From contig NC_068982.1 in the NCBI RefSeq assembly GCF_001194135.2, positions 113,148,872-113,182,208 of the forward strand: a stretch of DNA of 33,337 nt, written 5' to 3'. This DNA is from Octopus bimaculoides. Its lineage: Eukaryota. Positions 12,193 to 23,683 of the stretch are shown here, one piece after another (positions within the stretch are counted from its first letter, which is position 1; every line of letters begins with the position of its first letter). The notes beneath the pieces are model-generated. The model made no database searches, was not told the origin of the DNA, and was given only the letters and a program-made list of their open reading frames with translations. The position numbers were made by a program, and so were the translations under genes.

Positions 12193-12551
12193 AGAAACAA
12201 AAACCCTAAATTCATTATATTCCCTTTCTATCAATGTAAAGACAGAATCTCCACACAAGAAAGAATCAACAAGGAGAATCTTTTCATAGAGAAATTCCAA
12301 CCATTTCTTAACACACACACCCCTCAGTGACCTTATTCCTCTATGAACAGACACAAACTTCCTGTTTGAAAAAAAAAGAGTTCATAACTCCAACTAAAAA
12401 CACTTGTCTCCCCTTACACACACTTCCTGTTTTGACACCACATTTCCTGCTTAACACAAACTTTTAACCCTTTGTTTAAACCTAATAAAACTCTCAACCC
12501 TCATGCATCCTTATTTTTCCTACCAATTTATACACGAACTACTATTGAACT
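12193..12551 (+). mobile_element. PLE GIY-YIG endonuclease C-terminal fragment plus 3' UTR, running into gap
   Basis: 12193-12312 translates RNKNPKFIIFPFYQCKDRISTQERINKENLFIEKFQPFLN, matching the PFY...R..KE..FI.KF.P.LN end of PLE GIY-YIG domains; followed by C/T-rich non-coding tail. Confidence 0.6.
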
Positions 12552-13260
12552 NNNNNNNNNNNNNNNNNNNNNNNNNNNNNNNNNNNNNNNNNNNNNNNNN
12601 NNNNNNNNNNNNNNNNNNNNNNNNNNNNNNNNNNNNNNNNNNNNNNNNNNNNNNNNNNNNNNNNNNNNNNNNNNNNNNNNNNNNNNNNNNNNNNNNNNNN
12701 NNNNNNNNNNNNNNNNNNNNNNNNNNNNNNNNNNNNNNNNNNNNNNNNNNNNNNNNNNNNNNNNNNNNNNNNNNNNNNNNNNNNNNNNNNNNNNNNNNNN
12801 NNNNNNNNNNNNNNNNNNNNNNNNNNNNNNNNNNNNNNNNNNNNNNNNNNNNNNNNNNNNNNNNNNNNNNNNNNNNNNNNNNNNNNNNNNNNNNNNNNNN
12901 NNNNNNNNNNNNNNNNNNNNNNNNNNNNNNNNNNNNNNNNNNNNNNNNNNNNNNNNNNNNNNNNNNNNNNNNNNNNNNNNNNNNNNNNNNNNNNNNNNNN
13001 NNNNNNNNNNNNNNNNNNNNNNNNNNNNNNNNNNNNNNNNNNNNNNNNNNNNNNNNNNNNNNNNNNNNNNNNNNNNNNNNNNNNNNNNNNNNNNNNNNNN
13101 NNNNNNNNNNNNNNNNNNNNNNNNNNNNNNNNNNNNNNNNNNNNNNNNNNNNNNNNNNNNNNNNNNNNNNNNNNNNNNNNNNNNNNNNNNNNNNNNNNNN
13201 NNNNNNNNNNNNNNNNNNNNNNNNNNNNNNNNNNNNNNNNNNNNNNNNNNNNNNNNNNNN

Positions 13261-13296
<36 letters not shown>

Positions 13297-13330
13297 TACA
13301 CACTTGCATATATGTATGTATGCATATACA
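12552..13330. other. Assembly gap 12552-13260 followed by (TA)n
   Basis: 709 Ns, then TA run. Confidence 0.95.
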
Positions 13331-14627
13331 CTAAATAGGATTGTAACTGCTTAAATTGATACATAGTGTTTTACTGCTAATGCCGGATGTCAACTTCGGA
13401 TTGATGGCACACAAAATGTGCCCATTTAATATTGCAGCTCAATAAGTTATCTGCTTACCCTCTGTACTGGAATCTACTAGCCATTCGTGCCTTAATTAGA
13501 GACTAAACCGTAGAGTCCATCGTGTTGTGCAGGATTTCCCGAGAGACTGGTGAGCAGAAACTATCACTAATGGGAGAAAATTTCCGATCAATATATCAAC
13601 GTTATACTGACCCATTAGATTTAATCAAAATGTCTGGTTTTCACTAAATATACCCAAGATCTAGATATCTGTGATTAACTTCTCACTGTTAAGCTATGTC
13701 ATCAGGAGATCCAATATTGTTACTAAATTTTCTATGGAAAGGAATATACCAGTTGCCCGAGTGTCTATTAAATTGTAATCGCTAAACACTAATTCTTTTG
13801 TTCTTAATACTTTGACCGATCGATGAACGAGTTAAACTCCAAAGTAAATGTTGCTGTGTGACTATCTGAAATCAAATTTTGCTATTGGTATCAAGAAAAA
13901 TTGTGATTATTAGTTCGTGTCTGAAATATAAAATATTAATCTATATCCCCAATTCCTTAATATGAATATAAAGAATCAAAGAGCAACCTCCTGCGAAGCA
14001 GATATTAGTGAAAGCGTAGGAAAAGATATTAAAAAAGGTTGTTGATTTGGTATGTATCAGCTGTTTATGCGAACTAATAGTGACATTTTTGTAAACTAAT
14101 GTTTTCTCTGTAGTCAGATATGAAATTATATTTCACCAGCATATCTCAGGACTAAAACTACCGTAGCCTGAAATAAAATATGCAGCCATTTTTTAATTGC
14201 ATATTTAATTACAGGACCACATGTTTACAAATGATAAGAAATGATCACAACAGAACAATGAATAAGCAGTGGTATGTTAACATATCGAAATTTTAAAGAA
14301 CATATGCATAAAATGTATCATGTTTTGGCAAAGTTTTGTAAGTCTATGCGTTTGAATCAATGTTTATACATATTCATGGTAACCAATAGACATGTTTTAT
14401 GAATTCGACTTATAGAAATAGAATCTTTGTTACTACCAATGTCAAACGTTTCAATGGAAAACATGCGAGTGCATAGAAAAAGAGTTCAGAGAAGAATTGT
14501 TTGTTTACATCACTGAATATATGCTTACGTGAGATATGAAGATAAAATGCTAGAAAGAACTGAAGTAGGATAGCTAAATTCTTTGCATGGAAAAAACATT
14601 GTGTAGAGACTGTATCGGAACACACTC

Positions 14628-14689
14628 ATAGACAGACAGACAAACACACATACACATACACACACACAAACACATATGCGATGGCTTTT

Positions 14690-14732
<43 letters not shown>

Positions 14733-14841
14733 NNNNNNNNNNNNNNNNNNNNNNNNNNNNNNNNNNNNNNNNNNNNNNNNNNNNNNNNNNNNNNNNNNNN
14801 NNNNNNNNNNNNNNNNNNNNNNNNNNNNNNNNNNNNNNNNN
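14628..14841. repeat. (GACA)/(CA)/(TA) microsatellites and gap 14733-14841
   Basis: Read directly. Confidence 0.9.
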
Positions 14842-15679
14842 TGATATTCTTAAAAAGTGGTACCTTTCTATTCATGATAAATCGTTCAAGGAATAGATCG
14901 ATACAAACATGTATGGACATGGCTGCAAGAATGAAGAAATGGGAAAGAAATCAACGAAACTGTCCTCTTACTACATTGTCATGCAGTACAATAGATTTTT
15001 TAAAAAAATCAAATAAAGAATAATGTAAAACAAACATTTAACTTTCATTTGTGTTCTTAAAATTCAGTTTGCACTAAATATGCTCTGTTATTGAACAATC
15101 GAACATTAACAAATGTCGGTATAGATATAAACAGTTTCATTTCGCAGAGTAAATATATAATAGTTAAACCTCCATAAGAAGACATTGAATTGCAAAACAT
15201 CACTCCAACTTCATTTCTCTTCATCTTTCTTCTTGTTTACATTTATTTGTTTTGCCCTTTAAATAAATTATTTAACAATGATAACATAATACGGTTAAAT
15301 AAATGAAAAATTCTAAACTAATAATTATCACTAACATCTGAACTTTGGTAAGATAAATTTGTAGTCTAAAAGAATTTGATGAGAGCAGTTAAAACAAAAT
15401 GATATATTGATTGTGCAAAAAGATAAATATAAAAGAATTTGACTGCTGTTAGATTTTTACTAAAACTTCAGATAAATAATTGAATAATTACTTTCAGTGG
15501 TTTTACAGAGTATCAGAGTTGATACAGACAACAATTTTAACTCAAGACTATTCTGAATTCACTTTGCGTAATATCTAATCAAGTTCGTCATCAAGACAAT
15601 CTTGTATTCTATTTTACAAAACAAGCAAATATGTTTAAGATTGCTATCATTTTTACTATGGGGCTATGCTATGGTGTAC

Positions 15680-15935
15680 TTAAAGATTGGAGACCAGAGT
15701 TTGAGACTAGATTATGGATGAATTCATACATCACAAATATACATTGCAGATGTCTGTTCATCATAAAAAAAGTACAACACGCGCAAAATATTCAGTCATT
15801 TTTATTCAAGTTCTGTGACAACAGGCAAAATAACAGCCATCGCAGTTTTAGACAATAGCATTTCACCACAATAGCGGATGACCACAAACTTTTAGGCATA
15901 CATGAACAAAAATTTCTGAAGAATTACAAATTGCC
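15680..15935 (+). mobile_element. Possible highly decayed PLE endonuclease remnant
   Basis: Fragments IGDQSLRL..IHTSQI and HFTTIADDHKLLGIHEQKFLKNYK weakly resemble a GIY-YIG end; 15739-15836 is 76% identical to 12097-12194. Confidence 0.3.
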
Positions 15936-15962
15936 AGACTCGCGCACGCACGCACGAACGTA

Positions 15963-16054
<92 letters not shown>
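15963..16054. repeat. (GACA)n-(GATA)n tetranucleotide microsatellite
   Basis: Read directly. Confidence 0.95.
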
Positions 16055-16055
<1 letters not shown>

Positions 16056-17491
16056 CAAACAGATAAATCGATAGAAAGATTATAGATGAGCTAAGAAAGG
16101 AAGTTCTACGTGGTCGATTGACCTAATAATTAAAGTAGCAGGCTCCATTAAGCCATAAGCTATAATATTCAAGGGGATATAAAATATTTATTAATGTAGT
16201 CATAAAAATAGGATTTTTCAGAAAAAGATGGGATTGAACGCTTACAATTGTAAGTCTGCTCTATGATAGTTGACCCTAGAGCTAATCTAGATCAAAGAAA
16301 TAATTGTAGCTTCTGGTAGTATATAAAAAACTAACGCGGGAAACCTTATCTTGTCGTTCTGCTTGATCGAAATAACGACCAATTCGCACTCAATTGTATA
16401 TACTATTCTAACTAAATAGGAAGTAAAGGTAGGCTAATGTAATTCTCGATACGATTAGATATGATGTTTTTGATAGTTGATCTAATTGATGTAGGTCAAC
16501 CAATGATAAATTCTTACTACTAGATTATGGAGTTAATAATTAATAAAATAACTTTAGAAGATTCTAATTAAAATATACATAAAAAATTTTGCAGCTTTAG
16601 TTATACGTATTAACGAGTAAATACATCAACACATAATTTACAAGACTACAAAATACCTCTGCAGTTGTTTCCAAGACCCTGTCAAAAATAGATAGAGCTG
16701 AAAGAAATTAATTGGCAAAAACGCAAAAGTGATGGGAATATTTTGATACAAATCCAAACTATTGAATAGGAATTAGGTGTTTTGAACTATGAACGCATAC
16801 TGTATAGGAAGGCCAAAGAGATTCAATCAATGATTTGAAGAAAAAAAATCTGTCTTCTACATCATTTACATTTGGCAACAGATGAAAACTAGTCATTAGG
16901 AATCGAACTTCGATAAAAAGAATCGAGTATTTAGATTCAATAAATGAGGTCGATAGATTAAGAAATAATACGTCGATTTGTTCTTATTGAAATTCCATTT
17001 TGTCTTGTTCTTAAACGATGTATTATGCGTGCCATAACAAGTTAGTTTACATATCAATCAAAGAATTATCAGATAACTTTCATTAGATACGCATCCAAAC
17101 TTCTGTTTTAAAGTCGATTAGCTGGCGGACATGAATTAAAGGCCGGACGTATCAGATTTTCTACTATCACTGCAGTTTCTATAGTGATTGCAAATGGATT
17201 GAAGATACGCAATTTAACAAACATTTTATCTTAAGATTGGAAATAGATGAACAATTAATATGTTGTAATCTTGTTTCTTTTAATATATAGTAGATATTGA
17301 TTATTAACTGGTACACGCGTACCTTTTTTAATTAGCCTGGTTTTTTCACGTGCACATCAAGTGAATATTATGTAAAATTACTTGTGTACACCTTATTGCA
17401 TAGATCATTTAAGCATTTAATTACTAGTCAAACTTCGGCCTAACTCCTTTTGAAATGATGCTCACATCAATCTATTTTCGCTGCATTTTCA

Positions 17492-17640
17492 TTTCTATCT
17501 TGGGCACAAGCCCACGTATTTGTGGGAGGGTATAGAGGATATAATGCCTTTCACCACTTAACTAGTTGGTAGTGTCTACTTCAATCGACCTTGGAAGGAG
17601 AAAACTCAGATTCGTCTCCAGTAGAAACTTAATCCTCAAC
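17492..17640 (-). mobile_element. Decayed SINE (same Nin-domain-like family)
   Basis: TTTCTATCTTGGGCACAAGCCC...GGGAGGG tail and ATCGACCTTGGAAGGA core resemble the reverse strand of the SINE family seen at 11007-11098. Confidence 0.4.
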
Positions 17641-17762
17641 ATGAAAGAACTAATTACAGCATGATGTTTTGTCCATCACTCTACTATCCTCTTACAAAAT
17701 TGAATTTTAACAATGACAAAATTCATAAATTATGGGAGAGAATGGAATGAAATATAGCAATC

Positions 17763-18348
17763 GGATCTTTTTTAAAACGGGGGCCACATTTTTCATTAAT
17801 GTTTTACGTAGTGTTTTTTGGTACGGAAAGACTTTCAAACTTCGTATACTTATCTATTTTGTGTTATAGAACAGAAATTTATAGAACAGAATTTATTTCA
17901 TGTAAAAAATTGTGTTATTTCGATAATTTCAACCAATCACTGACGTCCATTCAGCCGATATACATTAAGTGCCGACTACATAAACAAACGATTCTTCGTT
18001 TTATTTGTTTTTTTCATTTTAAATTTGCTTTAACCCTAATCCTAACCCTAACCCTAACCCTAACCCTATGGTTAGGGTTAGGGTTAGAGTTAGGGTTAGG
18101 GTTAGGGTTAATTGTTTCAGAATCGTTTGTTTATGTAGTCGGCACTTAATGTATATCGGCTGAATGGACGTCAGTGATTGGTTGAAATTACAGAAATACG
18201 ACAACTTTAACATGGAATAATTTATGGATTTCTTTTTTTTTAAGAAGACTAAGAGAAAAAGATGTTTTATATGACACATTCTACCAGTGTTCCAAGTTTC
18301 AAAGTGTTTCGTTAATGAAAAATGTGGCCCCCGTTTTAAAAAAGATCC
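17763..18348. mobile_element. Non-autonomous foldback DNA transposon (Merlin-like: GG termini, 8-bp TSD) with internal telomeric repeats
   Basis: Perfect 37-bp TIRs (17763-17799 / 18312-18348) starting GGATC; identical 8-bp TSD TAGCAATC at 17755-17762 and 18349-18356; perfect 72-bp inner inverted repeat; (TAACCC)n/(GGGTTA)n core. Superfamily inferred from GG ends plus 8-bp TSD. Confidence 0.88.
18031..18110. repeat. Inverted interstitial telomeric-type repeats (CCCTAA)~6 then (TTAGGG)~7
   Basis: Read directly; one variant unit on each side (TAATCC, TTAGAG). Confidence 0.95.
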
Positions 18349-19145
18349 TAGCAATCTCCGGTGTTTGGATGGTAATTCTTTTAACTACCCTAGAATATAA
18401 TTTATGAAGTCGTCGTTTACTTCTCATGCTGATCTAAACTAATCCTCTCTCAACCTTGAGAAAGTCACCCAGCATCAACCTCTATATATCTAAGGCCTCT
18501 CTCGGTCAATATTAACTATGTATTTGCATCTGGAATGTCTTCCTCGAGAGAGTAGGTAGGTCTAAAGTGTGTTTTGTGATGTCTTCTTTTTCAAGAAAGA
18601 AAAGTCGTTGCTTATAGCAAGTCTCTGTTCTTCATAATCCCGCCAATATTGTCTAAATGAAAGAGCTGATGATACAAAGTGGTACTAGTGTCATCAAAAC
18701 CAAACTCTGAACGTAAAATGTAAAATATTTCTGAAGACGTGGGCTAGTAATGTTAGTGAGAAATTTCTAAAAATACTTTGATTATTTAGCAACGTAACTT
18801 TACCAATGCCCATGCATTTATTTTCTTCTTTTTCCCTTTTCCATTTTATTACAATGTCTTAAAGCTATTAATACGTCACTGCCCCTTACAAAATTATTGT
18901 AACCGTTAAAGTTACGTAGTTTCTTCCCTTAAAAAAACTTCGCTCGAAACTCTTATTCGTTGCCTCTTTTCAGAAGAAACCAGGAAGACACTAGTGTCAG
19001 TGAATAAATCAACTTCTGTTCTGGAATAGAACATTTAAGTATAGTTCAAAATGTAACATTCAGCTAAAAAACATTGAAACAATAATAAACATTTATACTT
19101 GTAACCTTGCCATTTAGTTCTATTATCTTCACTAAAGTCAGATAT

Positions 19146-19290
19146 TCGAACAATACCATTTGGTAGACAACACAGCTCAGAAATATATATACCAGCAAAT
19201 TACGTAAGGTGGATAACATTTCGACATCCATACAATCAAATGCAGGTTGTACAAGAATTCATTGATCCAGTCATGGCATGAACATCACAA
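19146..19290 (+). mobile_element. Possible very decayed Gypsy/Ty3 RT remnant
   Basis: TIPFGRQHSSEIY resembles a collapsed TPFGRY...PFG.xSASEIF; weak. Confidence 0.22.
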
Positions 19291-20256
19291 CATCAATAAC
19301 ATCTTTTCTAAACAGTTTTTTTAAAGACGTTAGAGTATGATTTGAAAAAGATGTCACTGTTGTTTCTAGTATATCAAGCCATTTGTAAAAGCTTCTTTAT
19401 TGACATGAAGAAGATGTTGTCGAGTTTCTGTTGCATGTCTCTAATGCATTTTAATCAAATGTATATGATTATTTCACATAAAAGAATTTTCAATAATTTT
19501 TATGCTTATTTCTTATTGTGATACAAAAGTAGACTTTGGTTCGGCATAATCGAAAATAAGCAAAAAGTCTAAAAAAAAAAAATCTCTCGTCACACGTATC
19601 AGCAACCAGTTGGACCTCACCTAAAAACTGACACAAAGAATTACAAAGAAGTCTAAAACCGAATTTTCTTCCTATTCATCAACAATTTTATAATATAGAA
19701 ATGCCATCATTTCCAGCAAGTTCATTAATATTATTGCGAGTTCATTAATATTATTGTTTTTTTTTAATTTTCTTAACAATAGGTTTGTTTTGAACCAAAA
19801 TCCAAAAAAAATCTATCCTAGTATTGATTGCATTTTCAGATTTAAAAAAGACAATGTGGTTAATTATATATTTCGCGTTCATAGAGTTGGCAATAACAAG
19901 ACTTAATTTGAAATGAATTTCAGTCTATTTTCTGAAAACGTATTCTTCCTTTAAGTATTAACAATTGAATTTAATTCTACAGCAAAAGTGGACATCATTA
20001 TTTAAAATAATCCAATCTTTATTATGTTCTGGTGTCCTGTCTCCAGAGTTACACACAAGACAAACATTTAAAAAGAAAATATGTAGCATCGTTAAAACTA
20101 GTCAGATTTGTTCGTATAAAATATTAAAAGAGATAAAAACATACATTTATTATTCATTTATTTATATTTTGTTAGTAAACAAAACTAAATAATATATTGA
20201 ATATTACAAATAGAACAAAATACTTCGTTTATGATGTGTGCATATGTATATGAAAG

Positions 20257-20257
<1 letters not shown>

Positions 20258-20300
<43 letters not shown>
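20258..20300. repeat. (TA)n microsatellite
   Basis: Read directly. Confidence 0.95.
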
Positions 20301-20303
<3 letters not shown>

Positions 20304-20788
20304 AATGTATATGTGTGCGAGTGGATGCACAAATAAGAAAAAGTAGTCAATGTAGTAGAACTTATTTATTCGATTTGCACGTTCATCCAGCCGCCTTGAA
20401 GGCGCCTGAAGAACGTAGAAAAAACCGAGAAATATACAATGCAATCACAACTTCAAATTAACGACTGCATATATACATATGAGTGTGCTTGTGCGTGTAT
20501 ATGTAGATGTAACCATGGGTGCCTTTGTGTGTGTGCACGTGCGCGCGAGAGAGTCACAGTAAGTGTATACGCCAAAATATACAATGAATGTTCTTTCCTT
20601 GCCCTGTGTCCTCAACTGCTGATGGTGTCGTAGGTTGCTGACTTGACATGCAGTGTATCTTGAGAATTTTAAACCTGCGAAACATTTACCCAGGTCTAAC
20701 ATCAGTAAATTTCTTCAAAAGAGAAAAATAAAGTAAAATGAAGAAAGGAAGGAAGAAAGAAAGGATAAAAGAAATGAACATAAGAAGA

Positions 20789-20840
20789 ATCGACTCCAGT
20801 ACTTGTTTCATCCATTATTTATCAACTCCGAAATGATGAG
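20789..20840 (-). mobile_element. Short SINE core fragment
   Basis: ATCGACTCCAGTACTT...TTATTTATCAACTCCGAAATGATGA parallels 11007-11098. Confidence 0.4.
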
Positions 20841-21102
20841 ATGTATCTTATGATATATAAAGCAAATTAGAGAAAACATTTGATAACGTTTCACCATATG
20901 GATTAAGATTTAATTATAAAATCAAACATTCGTGGCATTTACTGTGTGGAACAGGATATTGCAGAAAAGGATTTGGTTTGGAAAATATTTATTTCACAAT
21001 TAACATCTGTATAGATCTTTAATTGTCCACAAAGAAAATATGGGTCACACATGTGTGTTTCTTACTGTTTTAGATCCTACAACAGTAAGAATCATATATA
21101 TG

Positions 21103-21142
21103 GTTGGCACTCCGTCGGTTACGACGACGAGGGTTCCAGTTG
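21103..21142 (-). mobile_element. 40-bp extreme 3' terminus of the retroposon at 31108-31403
   Basis: Reverse complement CAACTGGAACCCTCGTCGTCGTAACCGACGGAGTGCCAAC matches the end of the 31.1-31.4 kb repeat (CAACTGAACCCTTCAACGTCGTAAGCGACGGAGTGCCAAC). Confidence 0.75.
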
Positions 21143-21442
21143 CATATAAATTTAATTATCGCGCAAGAAACAATAGCGACGCTAAATGTATCCAATTCTT
21201 GAAAATGAGACTTCGAAAGTCTTGAGATATCAGTTATGGATTTAGAAATTCCAGTTGAAATTGACTATAAAACGTTAATAAAATAATGAAAAATCAATAC
21301 TAGAAAACAGAGAATTTGAACATCATCATGTATTTAATAAAGGATTCATGAAAGAAAAGCTGGTCCCCATTTAAATATGAGTGTAATTTTACACATATGT
21401 TTGTATGTGTATCTGAGTTTTGTGTGTGTAATATATATTATT

Positions 21443-21642
21443 CTTCTTTTAATTTTTTCAGTCATTGGACTGCAGCCATCATGGTGTAGCGCCTTGAAGG
21501 GATATTAGTCAAACAAATCGACTTTTGTACTGATTTTTTAATCCTGGTACTTACATTATCGGTCGCTTTGGCCGAGCTGCCAGATTTGAGGAATGTGAAC
21601 GTACTAACACCGAGTGGCAAATGCAAGTACGCAGACACACAT
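21443..21642 (-). mobile_element. 3' half of an octopus-type SINE
   Basis: TTTCAGTCATTGGACTGCAGCCATCATGGTGTAGCGCCTTGAAGGG...AAATCGAC...GGTACTTACATTATCGGTCGCTTTGGCCGAGCTGC closely resembles, from memory, the very abundant octopus SINE tail; ends in a CA-like tract. Confidence 0.6.
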
Positions 21643-21752
21643 ATCGTGACGTGTATAGGAGAAAGAGAATTTCGGAATTTCACTTGAACTCCACATTCAC
21701 AGCGGGCTTTCGACCGAAATATATTGTCTGACAACCTTTTATTATATATAAC

Positions 21753-21756
<4 letters not shown>

Positions 21757-21792
<36 letters not shown>
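21757..21792. repeat. (TA)n microsatellite
   Basis: Read directly. Confidence 0.95.
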
Positions 21793-21795
<3 letters not shown>

Positions 21796-22184
21796 CATTA
21801 TTTTTATTACCTATATTACTTTTATTTCAAATCAGTTAATGTATTCTAAGTAATCAATTTGATTCGTTCTTCTGAGTGTTGAATTATTGATGTATAATCT
21901 TCAGCTCAGTGGACATTCATCAATCACGGATATTTTTAAATCTATGTTTTGAGGTGATTGGCTGAGTCTATCATTAGTAATATTGTAATATACCTAGGTA
22001 GTTTATATTTTGTGAAACCATAAGGAAGAATTGCGAACAGTAAGACATACAGAGTAGGGTAAAATGACAAAATCACCGTGCGTCTCAAATTCTATCACTC
22101 TAACTCTATGTCCTACAAGCATGTTACTAATATACTTATCCAGCCACACTTGGGCACAGACTCGTACATACACACACCTGTATG

Positions 22185-22753
22185 TACGCAGCGGTATCAA
22201 ACGTTCTCGGACTTATTATGTTTAATAACAAATAACGTATTTACCTAAGTTTTAACATCATGTCCATTGAAATAGTCACCTTGCGCAGCAATACACCGGT
22301 CCCAGCGTTCCTGCCACTTTGGAAATTTGCCTGGAAGTCTTTTTCTGTAAGCACGTCGAGGACCTTTTGCGATTCGCACCTTTGAGGGACATTTTCGTTT
22401 TGGGGAAGAGACGGATGTCCGCAGGTGCTAAATTTGGTGAAAAGGGCGGGTGCAGAAGCGATACCATGTTGTTTTTGACGAGAAACTCACGAGTGAGGAG
22501 AGAGCTCTGTAACAAGGAGCATTGTCTTTGTGAAGAATCCAATTCTTCGCGCTCCACAGATCCGGTCGCCTTCGCCGAATGTCCTCCCTTAAACGCTTCA
22601 CAACGCCGCAGCAGAACTCTCGATTGACGGTTTGACCTTGGGGAACAAATTCTCGGTGAACATACCATATTTCCGGAGTAACGCTGATGGAAGGATTTCC
22701 AGATCGCTCATCGTCTTTCTGGAATGTTCTTCCGCTTTTGAAGCCCTCGTGCC
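22185..22753 (-). mobile_element. Internally deleted mariner (Tc1/mariner) remnant with one TIR
   Basis: Minus translation: HEGFKSGR...DDERSGNPS (N-terminal HTH linker) joined at ~22669 to VHREFVPQGQTVNREF...LREDIRRRRPDLW...WILHKDNAPC and HPPFSPNLAPADIRLFPKTKMSLKG (YSPDLAP motif); TA plus TIR-like CGCAGCGGTATCAAACGTTCTCGGACT at 22185-22213. Confidence 0.88.
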
Positions 22754-22918
22754 CCTAGATACATTTTTTTTTTAAACAAAAATCATCAAAAATAAATATA
22801 AAATATGTGTAAAGAGAAGCGGCCTATTGATAAAATAAAATTAAAATTAAAATTAAGAATAACATTCATAGTTTACTGTCCTTTCTTCTTGCATGAGCAC
22901 GTGGTCCTTTCGTTCTGG

Positions 22919-22955
22919 AGGCATGGCAAGTTCAACAGCTGAACTTGCCATGCCT
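22919..22955. repeat. Perfect 16-bp inverted repeat with 5-nt loop
   Basis: AGGCATGGCAAGTTCA-ACAGC-TGAACTTGCCATGCCT. Confidence 0.95.
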
Positions 22956-23415
22956 TTACACATATTTTATACTTATTTAAGATAAGGTTTTTTAAAAAAA
23001 AACGAAACATGTAAATTAAAACACACCCAATTTTAAGAAAGTAGCATTTTAAATCTTGTTTATATATATATTATAATATTAGGGACAAAATCCAAAATTA
23101 CAGGTAAAAACTCAATTAAAATCAATTTATAAAAAATCAAAACTAAATTGAGCTTTATAGGTAAAATATATATAAAATATATAGTTTTAGGGAAAATATC
23201 CAAGTTTCAAGAACTCATCGATGAAAATCCACTATCACATATAGAAAAATTAACAATTAAAAGCACAATAAATGAGTATAATATAAAACAAAGTAAATAT
23301 CATAAGATAAAGATAATAAAATAACTACACGTGTTTCATAACTAATTTTCAAATAGAAAGGAAATCTNNNNNNNNNNCAATAAGTACCAAATGAATTTAT
23401 ATGAAATACTTATTT

Positions 23416-23683
23416 ATAAAGATAGAAAAATTATTAAAAGTATCAAAATATCAAAATATCAAAATAATAAACATTCAATAATCATCCCTTCATCTATTAC
23501 ACCGGTTAAATATGTACTAATTTTATCTTCATTATTATTTTAAACTTAAACTTCGTTCAAATTGTATTTAAAACAATGATAATTTATGTAAGCTGTTTTT
23601 TGTATTATAATGGATGAAGGGATGATTATTGAATGTTTATTATTTTGATATTTTGATATTTTTAATAATTTTTCTATCTTTAT
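23416..23683. mobile_element. AT-rich MITE/foldback with ~80-bp inverted arms
   Basis: 23416-23499 matches the reverse complement of 23608-23683 apart from about 2 substitutions and one extra TATCAAAA unit in the left arm. Confidence 0.75.

Noticed and set aside
12102-12215. Minus-strand signal-peptide-like ORF MNLGFLFLLFCLWSQNIIKNG
   Set aside because: It is antisense to the PLE endonuclease/paralogous repeat; hydrophobicity follows from the T-rich strand, and the donor site is weak.
472-14920. Many long ORFs in the supplied track (YIYIYI, HTHTHT, CVCVCV, X-runs)
   Set aside because: They are translations of microsatellites and N-gaps, not genes.
18031-18110. Relic of a telomere-telomere chromosome fusion
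   Set aside because: Orientation is (CCCTAA)n then (TTAGGG)n, opposite to a fusion signature, and it lies centrally in a TSD-flanked transposon.
20395-20440. Hammerhead-like CTGAAGA...GAAA
   Set aside because: Stem II and stem I do not pair, and the residue that must pair with A15.1 is not U.
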